Assembly: GCA_964016885.1 (NCBI GenBank)
Contig: OZ024757.1
Location: forward strand, 32,426,001 to 32,490,000
Source of the DNA: Eledone cirrhosa
Taxonomy: Eukaryota
Direction: 5' to 3'
DNA length: 64,000 nt
Made by a program: the position numbers and the translations under genes. Below, piece after piece: positions 12,859 through 29,542 of this stretch; the stretch's first letter is position 1; each line of letters begins with the position of its first letter. The notes under the pieces were generated by a model. It was given only the letters and a program-made list of their open reading frames with translations, was not told where the DNA came from and searched no databases.

Positions 12859-13524
12859 ATTCATTTAGGTGTGTTGGTTCACCACTGGATAGAACTGGTC
12901 ATTCCGTCATATTTAAAATATAATGAATGAAAAAATATTCGATTAATTGAGATTACCCTCACAATTTGAAGACAAAAATTCCTTATAGTGGTGTTCAAAT
13001 CCAATTTTAATATACATTACCGACGCTGACATTACTATGACTGCTGGCACCAGACTTGCTCGCCAGTCGGCCTTCTTTAACATATTCGTGTATATTCTGT
13101 CTGAATGCACATATAAGTTGACCCATTTCTTTTCTTGTCTGTTGCCTATAACAATGTCACCAACAATACCAATCTGGACATGAAAAGCTCTGCTATATGT
13201 AAGGCATACATTTTTTTTTTCTTGTTTGATTTAGTTATTAGAATAACTGTAATAGTAGTTAGCAACAAAAAATTGGGGCCTCCATAACTCTAACTTGATG
13301 TTCTATGCTTGGAGTATTCTGCAAGGGTCTCCGCACAAAACAGAGTCAATAAATGTGTTTCATTTTTTTCAGACCCTGCAACAGTAACATAGCTAGGAAA
13401 TGGGACAGCGACTGAGGAGGATCGCTCTGCCCGGGCGATACTTTTATGGGGGCGACAGTTTTGAGTTTGTTTTATATATATGAGTATGTGGGAACCGGGA
13501 ATGGGATGGAGCAAACTCGAACTC

Positions 13525-13800
13525 AATGACTGCTCCGCGTCTTGAGACACATGAAATAGCCAAAGTGCTCCAAAGACCACGGTCAGTTGCATCTATCATC
13601 TATCAATACATCGTTCCAACTTTCGTTGGCGGGTTTCAAGTCTCTGTTGATCGTCTGCCACCATTTGATCTTGGAAAGTCTTCTTCACCTCTTTCAATGG
13701 GGTACAAGAGCTGATTAGCATGTCTCTCACTTGGCAGTCGTGTGACGTGTCCCAACCAGCAACGTCGACGCTTGCACATGATGTTAGACACGTTGTTGGT
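13525..13800 (-). mobile_element. Decayed 3' fragment of an RTE-group LINE
   Basis: KRRRCWLGHVTRLPSER then, after a frameshift, PKIKWWQTINRDL...ATDRGLWSTLA. Confidence 0.7.
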
Positions 13801-13928
13801 GGTAAAGACCGGACCTTGACTTAATGTCAACTGACATGTTTCAACCTTGTTAAATCTCATTCAACAATTTGCTTCCTTGACTAGAATGGTACTCGAATTA
13901 ATAATTTGTAAATGCGTATTGTATCTTT

Positions 13929-14255
13929 AGGTGACGAATTGATAGAGTCGTTAGAACGTTTGATATAATACCTTGCGGTATTTGTTTCGGCTCTCTGCTC
14001 TCTGAGTTAAAATCCCGCCGAGGTCAACTTTGCCTTTCATCCATTCCAGGTCGATACAAAAAGTATCAGTCAAGAACTGAGGTCGATTCTTCCTCCATAC
14101 CACTTTCTCACTCTCTCTATCCTTCTCTGGAAGAGCTCTGCTGTGTTCAGGCCTGGAGAGGATATGGGCTCCACGAGGTTTTGAAATGCCCTAGAAACAC
14201 TATATTTCAATACGGCACCCAATGATGTCTGGGGAGTAATGGGGATGTGCATACA
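13929..14255 (+). mobile_element. tRNA-derived SINE with alternative tail (type B)
   Basis: Same head and core as type A, but the 3' part ctggaagagctctgctgtgttcaggcctggagagg...tcaatacggcaccc is shared with 23550-23735 and 25810-26000. Confidence 0.75.
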
Positions 14256-14643
14256 TGTTGTGTCATTAAACAGGAGATTTTATTTCACGTTGTTCTGATC
14301 CACTCATCTGGCAAAAATTAGTTGTACGTGTAATGTATCAGGCTAACCTTATCACACGTTTTGTCGCGTTGAATTCCTACACGAGAACTACGTTAAGGGT
14401 GCATGCCTTTATGGAATGTTCAGTCACTTGCACTTTACGGTCACGAGCAAGCCGTTCCATTGATTGTACAACTAGAACACTCATCGACGGAACCGACGGA
14501 GGACCACAACCAATTCTTCACTGAATCCAAAGTAAACTGAGCCAGCATTTTAGACACATTCATGAAACCACATTAAACTTTTCAAGGAAGCCTTATAGTA
14601 ATTAGTAACTATTAATTATCCATTGTAAGGGTTATGTCTGTCT

Positions 14644-14692
<49 letters not shown>

Positions 14693-14936
14693 ATGTATGT
14701 ATGTATTTATTATGTATGTGTGTATGTGTGTATGTATGTATGTATGTATGCATAACCGTATGTATGTGTGCATATATACACACATGTATGTGTGTGCATG
14801 TGTGAACGTATGTATGCATGCATGTATGCATGTATGCATGTATGCATGTATGCATGTATGCATGTATGCATGTATTTATGTATGTAAGTATGTACGTATG
14901 TGAGTATGTATGAATGTGTGCATGAATGAATGCATG

Positions 14937-14971
<35 letters not shown>

Positions 14972-14998
14972 TTATGCGTGTGTGTGTCTTTGTAACGC

Positions 14999-15042
<44 letters not shown>

Positions 15043-15114
15043 AGAGAGAGAGAGAGAGAGAAATTACAAGTGTGATATATCAACCCCCACGCACAAAGAT
15101 ACACATCGACACGC

Positions 15115-15162
<48 letters not shown>

Positions 15163-15166
<4 letters not shown>

Positions 15167-15267
15167 CGGAGAAGTGTGGTAAGCAACCAGATGGAACATA
15201 ACGCACCAGAGTACTCAATACTTAGGGTCGAAACGGCTTGAGCTCTGCCGTCGGAGTTAAACATTTT

Positions 15268-15270
<3 letters not shown>
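15163..15270 (-). mobile_element. Internally deleted member of the fold-back half-hammerhead family within (TA)n
   Basis: Shares cataacgcaccagagtactcaatacttagggt and gtcgaaacggcttgagctc-gccgtcgg with the 16448 and 28008 copies. Confidence 0.7.
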
Positions 15271-15348
<78 letters not shown>

Positions 15349-15488
15349 TGAAAGGGGGAACAAGAATATTTATTTACCGAAAAAGTGACATAAATGACTT
15401 CATGATAATAGAATACCTTTGATGTTTTTTTCGACGACTATTTTTTTAGCTGTACCAGAGAGACCTTCCTAATGGTAAACACCAGACA

Positions 15489-15565
<77 letters not shown>

Positions 15566-16399
15566 GTATGAGTCTCTCTCTATATATATATTTTATAGTT
15601 GAGACAGTAAACAAAAAACAAAAAAAAAACAACGTGGGAGCGAAGAGACAGTACAAATATAAATTTCTATATATAAACAATGAATAAAAACAAAGAACAA
15701 GTTCCTTATATTAAAAAATTCATCATTTTACGATCGTTTCTAGGATATATATGTGTGTTGGTATGTATATCACATAGATCTATGTAAAAATATTACAAAT
15801 TATCAGAGGAAATATACATATGTTCACATATATATGGTGTCTTCAGAAATGATGTATGTATGTATGTATGCATAACCGTATGTATGTGTGCATGTATACA
15901 TACATGTATGTGTGTGCATGTGTGAATGTATGTATGTATGTAAGTATGTATGTATATATATATATATATATATAAAGTTTCATTGACAAATATATCAATG
16001 TGCCCCGACATGCAGATATATTGCCCTTGGTATGATATGTATATATATATATATATATACTTCCTCCTAAGCGCGATACTAATAAGACTTTGGGTTTTTG
16101 CACCCCTGTGTCTATATTGTCATTTCTTCAACTATATATGTGTGTGTGTCTGTGTGTGAGTGTGTGTCTGTCTGTATGTACGTTTGTATGTATATATTTA
16201 TACGAACATAGTACACGTTAAAAAACGACGGGCTTTATAATAAAATATGTCCGATTTTATAATTCCCTTCTATGTAAAAATGGTTGAATCCTCAAATTTC
16301 ATTGACCTTCTCCCTTTTACCGCTCAGGTTAAATCTATATTTCCTTTTATATTCACTGAAATATATAGCCACAAAATTATCATGACTTTATTATCTCTT

Positions 16400-16437
<38 letters not shown>

Positions 16438-16447
16438 AATATATATA

Positions 16448-16636
16448 GGAACGAGTAGGACCCCGACGGCTGAGCTCAAGCCGTTTCGACGGCTAATTCT
16501 GTCCAGAATTAGCCGTCGAAACGGCTTGAGCTCAGCCGTCGGGGTCCTACTCGTTTCTATTACCCACTCGACTACCCTAAGTATTGAGTACTTTGGTGCG
16601 TTATGGTCCATCTGGTTCCTTACTACATTTCCTTCG

Positions 16637-16640
<4 letters not shown>
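16448..16640 (+). mobile_element. Fold-back palindrome element with perfect ~52-bp arms plus unique tail, within (TA)n
   Basis: Arms 16450-16501 and 16504-16555 with a 2-nt loop. Confidence 0.85.
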
Positions 16641-16671
<31 letters not shown>

Positions 16672-16673
16672 TA

Positions 16674-16943
16674 GCTGCTGACAGAAAGGACTGGGAAGAA
16701 AGGTGCCATAGTGCGATCAAGGGCTTTGAATCCAGTCGCATGGAGAAATTGCGTGTTGACCGAACAGGGACGAAGCAATGGGCCTTGAAACCTGCAAGAC
16801 TCTCCATAAACTCTTGCTCTTGTACCCTATGTGGCTTGGTTTATGGGTCACTGGCGGGATTGAAATGTCACATGAGACACCACCATCCAAGTAGCTGAAC
16901 TTTTGTTGGGCACTCATACATCGGATATCGACGGAAGAGTCCA

Positions 16944-16946
<3 letters not shown>
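16674..16946 (+). mobile_element. 3' fragment of an RTE LINE with one C2H2 finger
   Basis: AADRKDWEERCHSAIKGFESSR...CTLCGLVYGSLAGLKCHMRHHH*, similar to the C-terminus of the 2637-5843 ORF; hairpin-like 3' end. Confidence 0.8.
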
Positions 16947-16989
<43 letters not shown>

Positions 16990-16991
<2 letters not shown>

Positions 16992-17195
16992 TGACAACAG
17001 ATGGACGATCAGGGTGACAGAGTGGACACCAAGAAAATGGACAAGATCAAGAGTTTATTCAAAGACAAGACGACCTTACCAACCACCTGGGACCCTCAAG
17101 GCCAAGATGGCAAGGGACGGAAGTCAGTGGAAGGAGTCCAGGCAGGGGCTCCTCCTCCGTGAGTGATTTCAAGACCTTGGATCAAGATCAAGAAT
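16990..17195 (+). mobile_element. 3' fragment of another RTE-family LINE
   Basis: DNRWTIRVTEWTPRKWTRSR...MARDGSQWKESRQG; (GATCAA)2 tail. Confidence 0.7.
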
Positions 17196-17384
17196 ATATA
17201 AGTATATATATATATATATATATAGATAGATGCTGTTCTAGAACAGAACATCTTGTCAACAGTTTGAGAAAGATGTAGGGAGGAAGATATCAAATTAACA
17301 TTTCCCAGACAAATCTAGCACAAAGTGACACTCGTATACATATATATATATATATGTATGTATGTTTGTATGTATATATATAAG

Positions 17385-17477
<93 letters not shown>

Positions 17478-17789
17478 TTGCTTGGATCTGACCCTGTTTT
17501 TTTTTTACAAATTCAAAAAGCGGAAGACACACAGATATATAGATTTGTGCACGAACGCACACACACATACACATGCTCTCTCTCTCTCACACACACACAC
17601 ACAACATATGCAATGCTTATTTACATTTTATGTATATTTAAACTCCATCGACAACTTAGAGAAGAAAACGGATAATAAACATAGGAAAATGAATAAATTA
17701 AAAGCTTAACAAATATACAGAAATAACGATTAAAAAAATTTATTTTTAAAGCATGGATGGGCATTCTGCGTCTATCTCACGGCTGTGTG

Positions 17790-20970
<3,181 letters not shown>

Positions 20971-21026
20971 CTACAACGTTCCTAACTACAGTAACATATC
21001 AAAAGCAAAAACATTACAACTTTTCA

Positions 21027-21097
21027 CCTGTCTGATGAGAACACGTCAAAGGGTTATTATGCAATCACTTTCACGTCTTTGAAATACGTATAACAGG
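21027..21097 (+). ncRNA. Minimal type-I hammerhead ribozyme motif
   Basis: CCTGT-CTGATGA-[stem II]-GAAA-T-ACGT-A-TA-ACAGG: 5-bp stem I and palindromic loop 3. Confidence 0.7.
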
Positions 21098-21422
21098 AGT
21101 ATACAATAAATAGAGGATGTACATTTAAAACCGTTTCTTTTCTTTATAACGTGTATATATGTATATACATAAATTGAAGTTTAGTAAGATCGAAGTTTTG
21201 GCGATGACCAAGCTAACGAGATACAGTTGGGTTTGTGCAGCAAAGCACTCAATAGGGCGCATCACCCTAGAGTAATTACCATACGTTAGATAGAGTGACA
21301 AATTGAAAACTGCGAGGCAGGCGGGCCTAGCCACACCGTACACCAAAACAACGAAAATACATTCAGGTTAGATAATATATATATCCCTCTTTATCTCTCT
21401 CTAGCTTTTTCGCACTCCCTTC

Positions 21423-21494
<72 letters not shown>

Positions 21495-22220
21495 ACTCTC
21501 TGTATCTATCCTTGTCCCTCTCTTTTGCCCTATTTTTCATTCTCTGAAGAAATCGGTTGCGGTCAAACATAGAAAATTAAGGGCTTCGTCGGGTTTTGAA
21601 GGACGGTGGATGATGATGGTGGGGGGGAATGGTAGGGGGATGGCGATGGTTGGAGAATGGTAGGACGATGGCGATGGTGTGAATGGTGGGGGATGGCGAT
21701 GGCTGGAATGGTGGGAGATGGCGGTGGCGAGAATGTTAGAGGGGTGACGATGGTTGGAATAGTGAGGTGATGGCGTTGGCTGGAATGGTGGGGTGATGGC
21801 GATGGTTGGAATGGTGGGAAGGATGGTGATGGTGAAGATGTTGGAGAGGGGGGGGTAGATGGTGAGAATAGTTGGGCGTGATGGTGATGGTTGAAATGGT
21901 GGGGGTAATGGCGAGAATGGTTGGGGGGGATGGCGAGGGTTGAAAAATGCTGGGAATGCGGATGGTGGGAATGGTGGGGTAATTGCGGCGGGGATAGTGG
22001 CTGGGGGGGGGGGGGGCAGAGACGGTGGTGGTGGTGGCGGCGGCGACGACGACGATGATGATGATGATTATGAGCTTAATGATGATGATGAGAATGGTGA
22101 TGCTGATAATGATATATTTGAATGTAGAAACATTTAATTATCTAAATTATATCTTTAAAACAACCTCTGCCCCGTCCTACACACACACACACTCCACAAT
22201 CCAGAAAATTCCAAAGTATG

Positions 22221-22259
22221 GTTCCTATGGTAACGAAAGAAGGATTAAATGTGACGTCA
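22221..22259. promoter_or_regulatory. Candidate RFX X-box plus CRE
   Basis: GTTCCTATGGTAAC (22221-22234) and TGACGTCA (22252-22259) in a short non-repetitive island; motif match only. Confidence 0.3.
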
Positions 22260-22330
22260 TGTTTTGTTTCTTGATAGTTGACAGGTGTGTATATCGGTAG
22301 ATCGGCTGTACTTTTGACAAAATAGCAGTG

Positions 22331-22367
<37 letters not shown>

Positions 22368-22369
22368 AA

Positions 22370-22444
<75 letters not shown>

Positions 22445-22459
22445 TCTTTTATATATATA

Positions 22460-22490
<31 letters not shown>

Positions 22491-22530
22491 AATATCTTTT
22501 ATATATATATATATATATTATATATATATA

Positions 22531-22597
<67 letters not shown>

Positions 22598-22689
22598 CAT
22601 ATGTATGTATATATATATATGTATATATATATATATGTATAAATATATATATATATATATATGTATAAATATATATATCTATAAATACA

Positions 22690-22725
<36 letters not shown>

Positions 22726-22747
22726 AATATATATATCTATAAATACA

Positions 22748-22867
<120 letters not shown>

Positions 22868-23157
22868 ATAAACTAGTTGTAAAACATATAATTGTAATTT
22901 GTTATACAGATTGCAACATTATCTGATACAACATGGCCGCTGTGTATGATTGAAACCAGTAAATAATAAAAGGAGAATAAAAGGAGAATTATCATTGGCA
23001 TAGATTAAATCTACCATATATAGAACTAAAGTTATACACTTATATGTATCAAGATGATTTTACATGATGATTCTATTAATACTCCGTACAAGAGTGCTCA
23101 GACATTTGACCAAGGTTCAGTTTGTGTAGTCTAAATAGTGTATGTATAAGTGGTCTC

Positions 23158-23735
23158 TGGCGGCGGATTGGCAAAGTCGTTAGAACGTTGGATAGAATGC
23201 TGTGAGGTATTCCAGCTCTCTGCTCTCTGAGTTCAAATCCCGCCGAGGTCAACTTTACCTTTTATCCGTTCGTGGTCGGTAAATAATGGTTTCTTATATA
23301 GGCACAAGGCCAGCAATTTTGGGGGAGGGGGAAAGTCGATTAAATCGACCCCTGTGTGTGACTGGTACTTTATTACTTTATTTTATCGACCCCGTAAGGT
23401 TTAAAGGTAAAGTTAACCTCGGCGGGATTTGAACTCAGATCATAAAGGGGCGTAACTCTTTGCTGCAAAGCATGGCGTCCGACGCTCTACCGATACTGGC
23501 CTTTATGAGGTCGATAAAAAAAATGTACCAGCTTAATACTGGGGTCGATTCTTCCTCTATATCTCTGTCTCACTCACTGTCTCTCACTTTGTGTCCTTCC
23601 CTGGAAGAAATCTGCTGCGTTCACAGTTGGAGAGGAATGGGCACCACCTGGCCTAAAATGCTCAAGAAACACCGTATGATAATACGTTGCCCTTACGACT
23701 CTATTAGGAGTTACGGGATCATGCATACATACACA
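23158..23735 (+). mobile_element. Type-B SINE with a nested antisense type-A SINE (~23285-23500), flanked by a diverged ~71-bp direct repeat
   Basis: Head and core are interrupted and resume at gtcgataaaa; direct repeats at 23087-23157 and 23736-23807. Confidence 0.7.
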
Positions 23736-23854
23736 TACAAGAGTGCTCAAACATTTGAACTAAAGTTCAGTTTGTGTAGTTGATATAGTGTATGTATACG
23801 TTATCTCGCATAGACTTGTAGTAAGGGTGTAACAATATGTCTTGCTGCTGGTGG

Positions 23855-23935
23855 AGTTTAGCCTCTGGTGTTTAGCTCCTGGTGTTTAGCTCCTGGTGTT
23901 TAGCTCCTGGTGTTTAGCTGGTGGTGTTTAGCTCA
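23855..23935. repeat. 14-bp tandem repeat (TTTAGCTCCTGGTG)n
   Basis: Five to six units visible. Confidence 0.9.
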
Positions 23936-24028
23936 TGGTTAGTCATGATTAAGCAGACCTTTTATCATAGGCGTCCCAGCCGTCATTCTCATGTTATTTC
24001 GTATATCCAAAAATTAGTGTCTTTCTTT

Positions 24029-24270
24029 CGTGGCCTAGTGGTAAGGGTGTCCAACTTACGATCATAATGTCATGGGTTCGATTCCTGAACTGGGTTGCGT
24101 GTTGTGTTCTTGAGCAAAACATTTCATTTCAAGTTGGTCCAGTATACTCCACTGAAAATGATTGCCATCAGTAATAACTGGGTATTTAACCCTGTGGTGG
24201 ACTGGCGTCCTGTCCAGGGGGGAGTCTTGTACTCTCAGTTGCTTCATGCCACGGAAAACGGGATAAGCAA
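24029..24270 (+). mobile_element. Second tRNA-derived SINE family (CORE-like body)
   Basis: A-box TGGCCTAGTGG, B-box GGTTCGATTCC, body GTGTTCTTGAGCAAAACATTTCATTTCA; relatives at 26048-26390, 37498-37620 and 47780-48045 (-). Confidence 0.75.
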
Positions 24271-24847
24271 TGGTATATATATATATGTGTGTGTGTGTGT
24301 GTGGTTGTGTAGTTTGTATTTATAGGTTGAAATTGAGAGAGTATATTTGAGCACGTATGTGTATACGCGCGTGTGTGTATACGCGCGTGTGTGGTGTTTA
24401 ACGCATGTTTAGATCTGACGTGTGGGTGAAACGAAAGATACGAGGTGAGAACATGGCATAAACGTCTATCGTCATCTCTTTAACACCAGACTGATGACAA
24501 GAGTTTCAGTATCAGTTGTCTTATTGAAAGATCAACAATTAAAACATATTTGTGAACAACACAAACATATCATATAGAATTCACGCACACATACACACAC
24601 GCCTTCACACACATACATATGTGTGTGTGTTTATATATATATATTTAATATGGTTAGGTGATGTGTCTTGTTACTCTGGAGTTGATCCTTTGTGTACACA
24701 GGTGAAACTTTAAAGTAACAAGACTCGTTACTTTCCTATAATAAAAACATATTTAAAAATCTACTTCGGTATTGAGTACTCATTATCACGTTCGTTAATA
24801 TAACGCGGATATATATATATGTGTGTGTGTGTGTGTGTCTGTGTGTG

Positions 24848-24905
<58 letters not shown>

Positions 24906-25038
24906 TGTGTGTGTGTGTGTGTGTGTGTTAGACACAGAAATATATGTTAAAGTAAATAAATTCCTAATATCTCATTTTTCGCCGATGTTTATATTTTTCC
25001 TGGTGCAATACTTGCTTATATTATATATATATATATAC

Positions 25039-25107
<69 letters not shown>

Positions 25108-25654
25108 AAAAATTTGATGTCAATAAATATACATAATATACATAATAATTTTTTTGTTTTCCAATTTCTTTTACTGTTATGATGAAATATGTCGCATTTA
25201 TTCTGCGAATATGAAAACAAGATTTAAAGAAATATTTACGATATGTACTTACCCTGCCGATAAAAATCATGGCAATGCCTTTTCGGATGATGTATTGGTT
25301 TGTGGCGCAATTTTCTAGCAATGAGTAGCAGGCAATAAAATTAGCAGACGATGAAATTACCAGAAGATTGTATTTTTTCTGTGATGTTATTTACGCGTGA
25401 TGAATTTCCAGTGATGGATTTACTGGACACCCTAAGGAGAGACAAAATGCAGAGAGAATATGTGAAACGTTGTTTCTATGTGTTAGTGTGTGAAGGATTC
25501 TTTGTCAGTCTGTTCAATGTGGTCTAAGACGTCTGTGTGCGTAGCTGCGAACGTAGCATAGCTAAAGAGTTTTAAATAGGCAGTATCGTATGATAAAACT
25601 AGGGTGGTTTAGGCGGGTAGGTATCAAAGCGATTTTGACCCGGACTTAGAACAG

Positions 25655-26000
25655 GGTAAGGTGATGAATTGGCAGAATCGTTAGTATGTCAGATAGAATG
25701 ATTTGCTGTATTCGTTCTGGCTCTCTACTCTCTCCGTTCAAATCTTACCGAGGTCAACTTTGCCTTTCATCCTTTTTGAGGCCAATAAAAAAAGTTCCAG
25801 ACGAATACTGGGATCCATTCTTCCTCTATATCTCTTTCTCAGTTCCTCTCTCTCATTTCCTATCATTCTCTGGAAAAATTTTGCTGTACTCAGGCCTGGA
25901 GAGTAGATGGGCTCTGCCAAGCTTAACATGTCCAAGAAACGCTATATTTCAATACGGCGCCCCCTGTGACCTCATCAGGAGTTGCGGGACCGTACCATAC
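25655..26000 (+). mobile_element. Type-B SINE
   Basis: Homologous to 13929-14255. Confidence 0.75.
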
Positions 26001-26047
26001 CAGGAACAGGGTGGACATGCGGAATGAAAAGTCAGCGACATTACTGA

Positions 26048-26390
26048 GGCGTGGCTGTAGCATGGCCGAGTGGTTAAGGAATTCACGTCACAATCTTTAG
26101 ATCCCGGGTTTTGATCCCACTGTGTGGTACGTTGAGCAAATGTCATTTACCACAGACTTAAATTGATCCATGCTTTGTGAATGAAATTTGGTAGACGGAA
26201 ACTGTTTGGAAGCCCATCAGATGGACATTACCTGTAATTCAAAGTGAAAGCTTTGTCATGCATTATGTCACGCTGAATCTCCCTGAGGATTATGTTAAGG
26301 GGATATACGAGTCTGTGGAATGTTCAGCTATTTATACGTTAATTTCATGAATAGGCTGGTCCGTTGATCTAAGAACTGGAACACTCAATA
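26048..26390 (+). mobile_element. tRNA-derived SINE, second family
   Basis: TGGCCGAGTGG A-box; degenerate B-box; tail shared with 14350-14490 and, in reverse, 47780-47900. Confidence 0.65.
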
Positions 26391-26582
26391 TCGAAACTGA
26401 CGGAGGTTATTGTGTATTACCCTTACGATTTCATACATACACATACTACAATAGAACAACTTCGTATATGGGGGCAAAACTCCAATGTTCTCCCGCACCC
26501 CAGAATAATCTATGCATGATCGAAGCCGTTCCAGACGGAAGCGCCCCATTATTTTTAGAGGTACATTATCTAATGTGCTGTA

Positions 26583-26772
26583 TGCGGTGGATTGGCAATA
26601 TCGGTAGAGGGTCGGATGCCATGCTTTGACGCATAGAGTTACGGCCCTTTCCATTCTGAGTTCAAATCCCGCCGAGATTAACTTTGCCTTTCATCCTTAC
26701 GGGGTCGATAAAATAAAGTACCAGTAATGTACTGGGAATTTGGTGGCCTTGTGTCAAAAGTAGAAACAATTA
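26583..26772 (+). mobile_element. Type-A SINE, full length
   Basis: A and B boxes, core and GTAGAAACAATTAT tail. Confidence 0.88.
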
Positions 26773-27000
26773 TCTAATGTGGTGTATATTTATTTAAATA
26801 AAGGCTGTGATTGCTTTGAGGCAAATTTGGTTGTTATCTCTATTACGGCAAAGTATCAAATAGTAGCTCTTATGGGATGTTGTGACATTCATCTCATACC
26901 AGGAGACAAGTATCTCCTAAATCTTGCTTTGTACTTTTTTCAACATCTGAAATTCAACATCAACACTAGAGTCCATATAACAGCAGGAGTAGTAGTAGTA

Positions 27001-27096
<96 letters not shown>

Positions 27097-27712
27097 AAAA
27101 GATATACTTACGATATATTACAACCAGCTGCTGATAGAGCTTGTGTAAACGTTCACGTACATGCATAATACATTAACACATACATTCGTACACATATACA
27201 CACCAACATACATACCGGTATATGTAGCAACATACATACATACATACATACATACATACATACATACATACATACGCATACACACTATTGCACAAAAATA
27301 TATATCTATATACTAAAAAATATTTACATATACATACATGTATGCAGACATACACTAATACATACACACATACATACAAACATACATCCGTAGGAAAAAG
27401 CGTTTACACTTAAAACAAGTACACCCAGACATATATACCTATATAGATACAAACATTTGCACATACATACGTACATACTCATACACAAACATATTTGTTT
27501 GGACATACACAAATATAGATATTTTATTTATATATTATATACATATATATATATATTATATACATACACATATATATATATATATATATATACAAATGTC
27601 TGATGTATATATATATATATATATACAAATATCCTGATGTCTTCCAAAAGTAACGGTCGCATTTTGAAAGGGTACGTCAATGTCTATTTATAAAACTGGT
27701 ATATATTGTATA

Positions 27713-27770
27713 TTGTCTGATGAAGGCATACCATAATTTAACTTGGTATCCTTGAAATATGTATAATGAA
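27713..27770 (+). ncRNA. Degenerate minimal hammerhead motif
   Basis: TTGT-CTGATGA-AGGCATACCA..TGGTATCCTT-GAAA-TATGTA-TA-ATGA; good stem II, wobble-only stem I. Confidence 0.5.
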
Positions 27771-27854
27771 ATAAATATGGTTTTATAAATATAGTTTCCA
27801 TTTGTTAATATCGTATATATATATATATATATATGTGTATGTATATATATACAA

Positions 27855-27995
<141 letters not shown>

Positions 27996-28007
27996 GTATA
28001 TATATAT

Positions 28008-28322
28008 ATAACAAAGGAATTGTGGTAAGGAACCAAATGGACCATAACGCACCAGAGTACTCAATACTTAGGGTTGTAGAGTTGGAAATAGGAAAAAGTA
28101 TGACCCCGACGGCAGAGCTCAAGCCGTTTTGACGGCTATTTCTGGACCAGGTGGTCCATAACGCACCAGAGCACTCGATACTTAGGGTAGTAGAGTGAGT
28201 AATAGGAAAAGTCAGGACCCTGACGGCTGAGCTCCGGCTGTTTCGACAGCTAGATCCGAACCCAGTTCGGATCTAGCTGTCGAAACTGCCGCAGCTCGTC
28301 CGTCGGGGTCCTGAATCTTTTC
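28008..28322 (-). mobile_element. Dimeric member of the fold-back half-hammerhead family within (TA)n
   Basis: Two tandem units (28008-28150, 28151-28322); the second ends in a palindrome centred on gatccgaac-cca-gttcggatc. Confidence 0.8.
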
Positions 28323-28591
28323 ATATATATATATATATATCAAGTAAGTATGTACGTCAATACTCATATTTTTTCCATTTATCTGAGGGTTCTAAACCCC
28401 ATTATCAGGCTAAAATTCCTTTAGTCAAAAATACGGTGAAAGCTATTCTATTATCTAATATATATATATATATATATAAATCATACACAAACGCCAGCAC
28501 CAATAGTTTTGCAAGAGATGTCAACATGAATGGACCTGTTATTTTTAGCTAAAGCCACCCGTCCCCTCAATCTATCTTATTTCTCATTCTT

Positions 28592-28627
28592 TCTTCTGAT
28601 GAAGGACTAGCGTCCGAAACGTTAAGA
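28592..28627 (+). ncRNA. Ultra-minimal type-I hammerhead motif
   Basis: TCTT-CTGATGA-A-GGAC-TAGC-GTCC-GAAA-CG-TT-AAGA; palindromic AACGTT replaces stem III. Confidence 0.65.
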
Positions 28628-28725
28628 CCCTCTTCCTGCTAAAACCAGCGTTAACCTAATATATACCTTACATATACTGTACCGATTGTGTTGTTATTTC
28701 TGTTTACCTTTTACATACATACACG

Positions 28726-28805
<80 letters not shown>

Positions 28806-29542
28806 TGTCTGTCTGTCTGTGTATATACATACATACATATATATACATATATATGCATATATATATATATATACACATACACGCACACACACATACACAC
28901 ACACATATATATATATATAACACATCCTCCTATATCTCATCTCTACCTCCCACGAGAAACTCAACTGAGGCAGTCACCATGTCATCTCACGCCCATTTGA
29001 ACCCTAAAAATAACAACTTTCAACTCAAAATATCAACAAGATCCATCACAAACTCTCTATCTCTCCATTCCAATCCTTCTCTCTGTTACTCTGTCTTTAT
29101 CTATCTATCTTTCTATCTATCTATATATCTATCTATATCCCTCTTTGTCTAACTATCTCTTTCTCTCTCTCTCTCTCTCTATGTATCTATTTCAATCAAT
29201 CTATCTATCTATCTCTCATTCTCTCCCCCTCTCTCTCTCTCTCTCACTCTCTCTCTCTATCTCTCTCTCTCTCTCCCTCTCTCCCTCTATCTAACTATCT
29301 CTCCCTCTCCCACTGTTTCTCCTTCCAATAACAACATTAAAGCAACTCCAGTTAGATTCAATTCCAATTGTAATTAGTTGTTTATTGAAATGAAACTTTA
29401 GATTTTGTTACCATACACACACACATACACATACATACATACATACATACATACATACACACATACATACATACATACATACATACATACATACATACAT
29501 ACATACATACATACATACATACATACATACATACATACATAC

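Noticed and set aside
14740-15935. ~80-bp direct repeat at ~14740-14815 and ~15862-15935 as a TSD
   Set aside because: Low-complexity sequence with no single element between the copies.
24490-24545. CTGATGA...GAAA hammerhead candidate (another partial one at ~6183)
   Set aside because: No convincing stem I or UH site.
25245-25320. Possible ~60-nt host exon on the minus strand ending in CAGG|GTAAGT
   Set aside because: Weak acceptor, no recognisable peptide and no partner exons.
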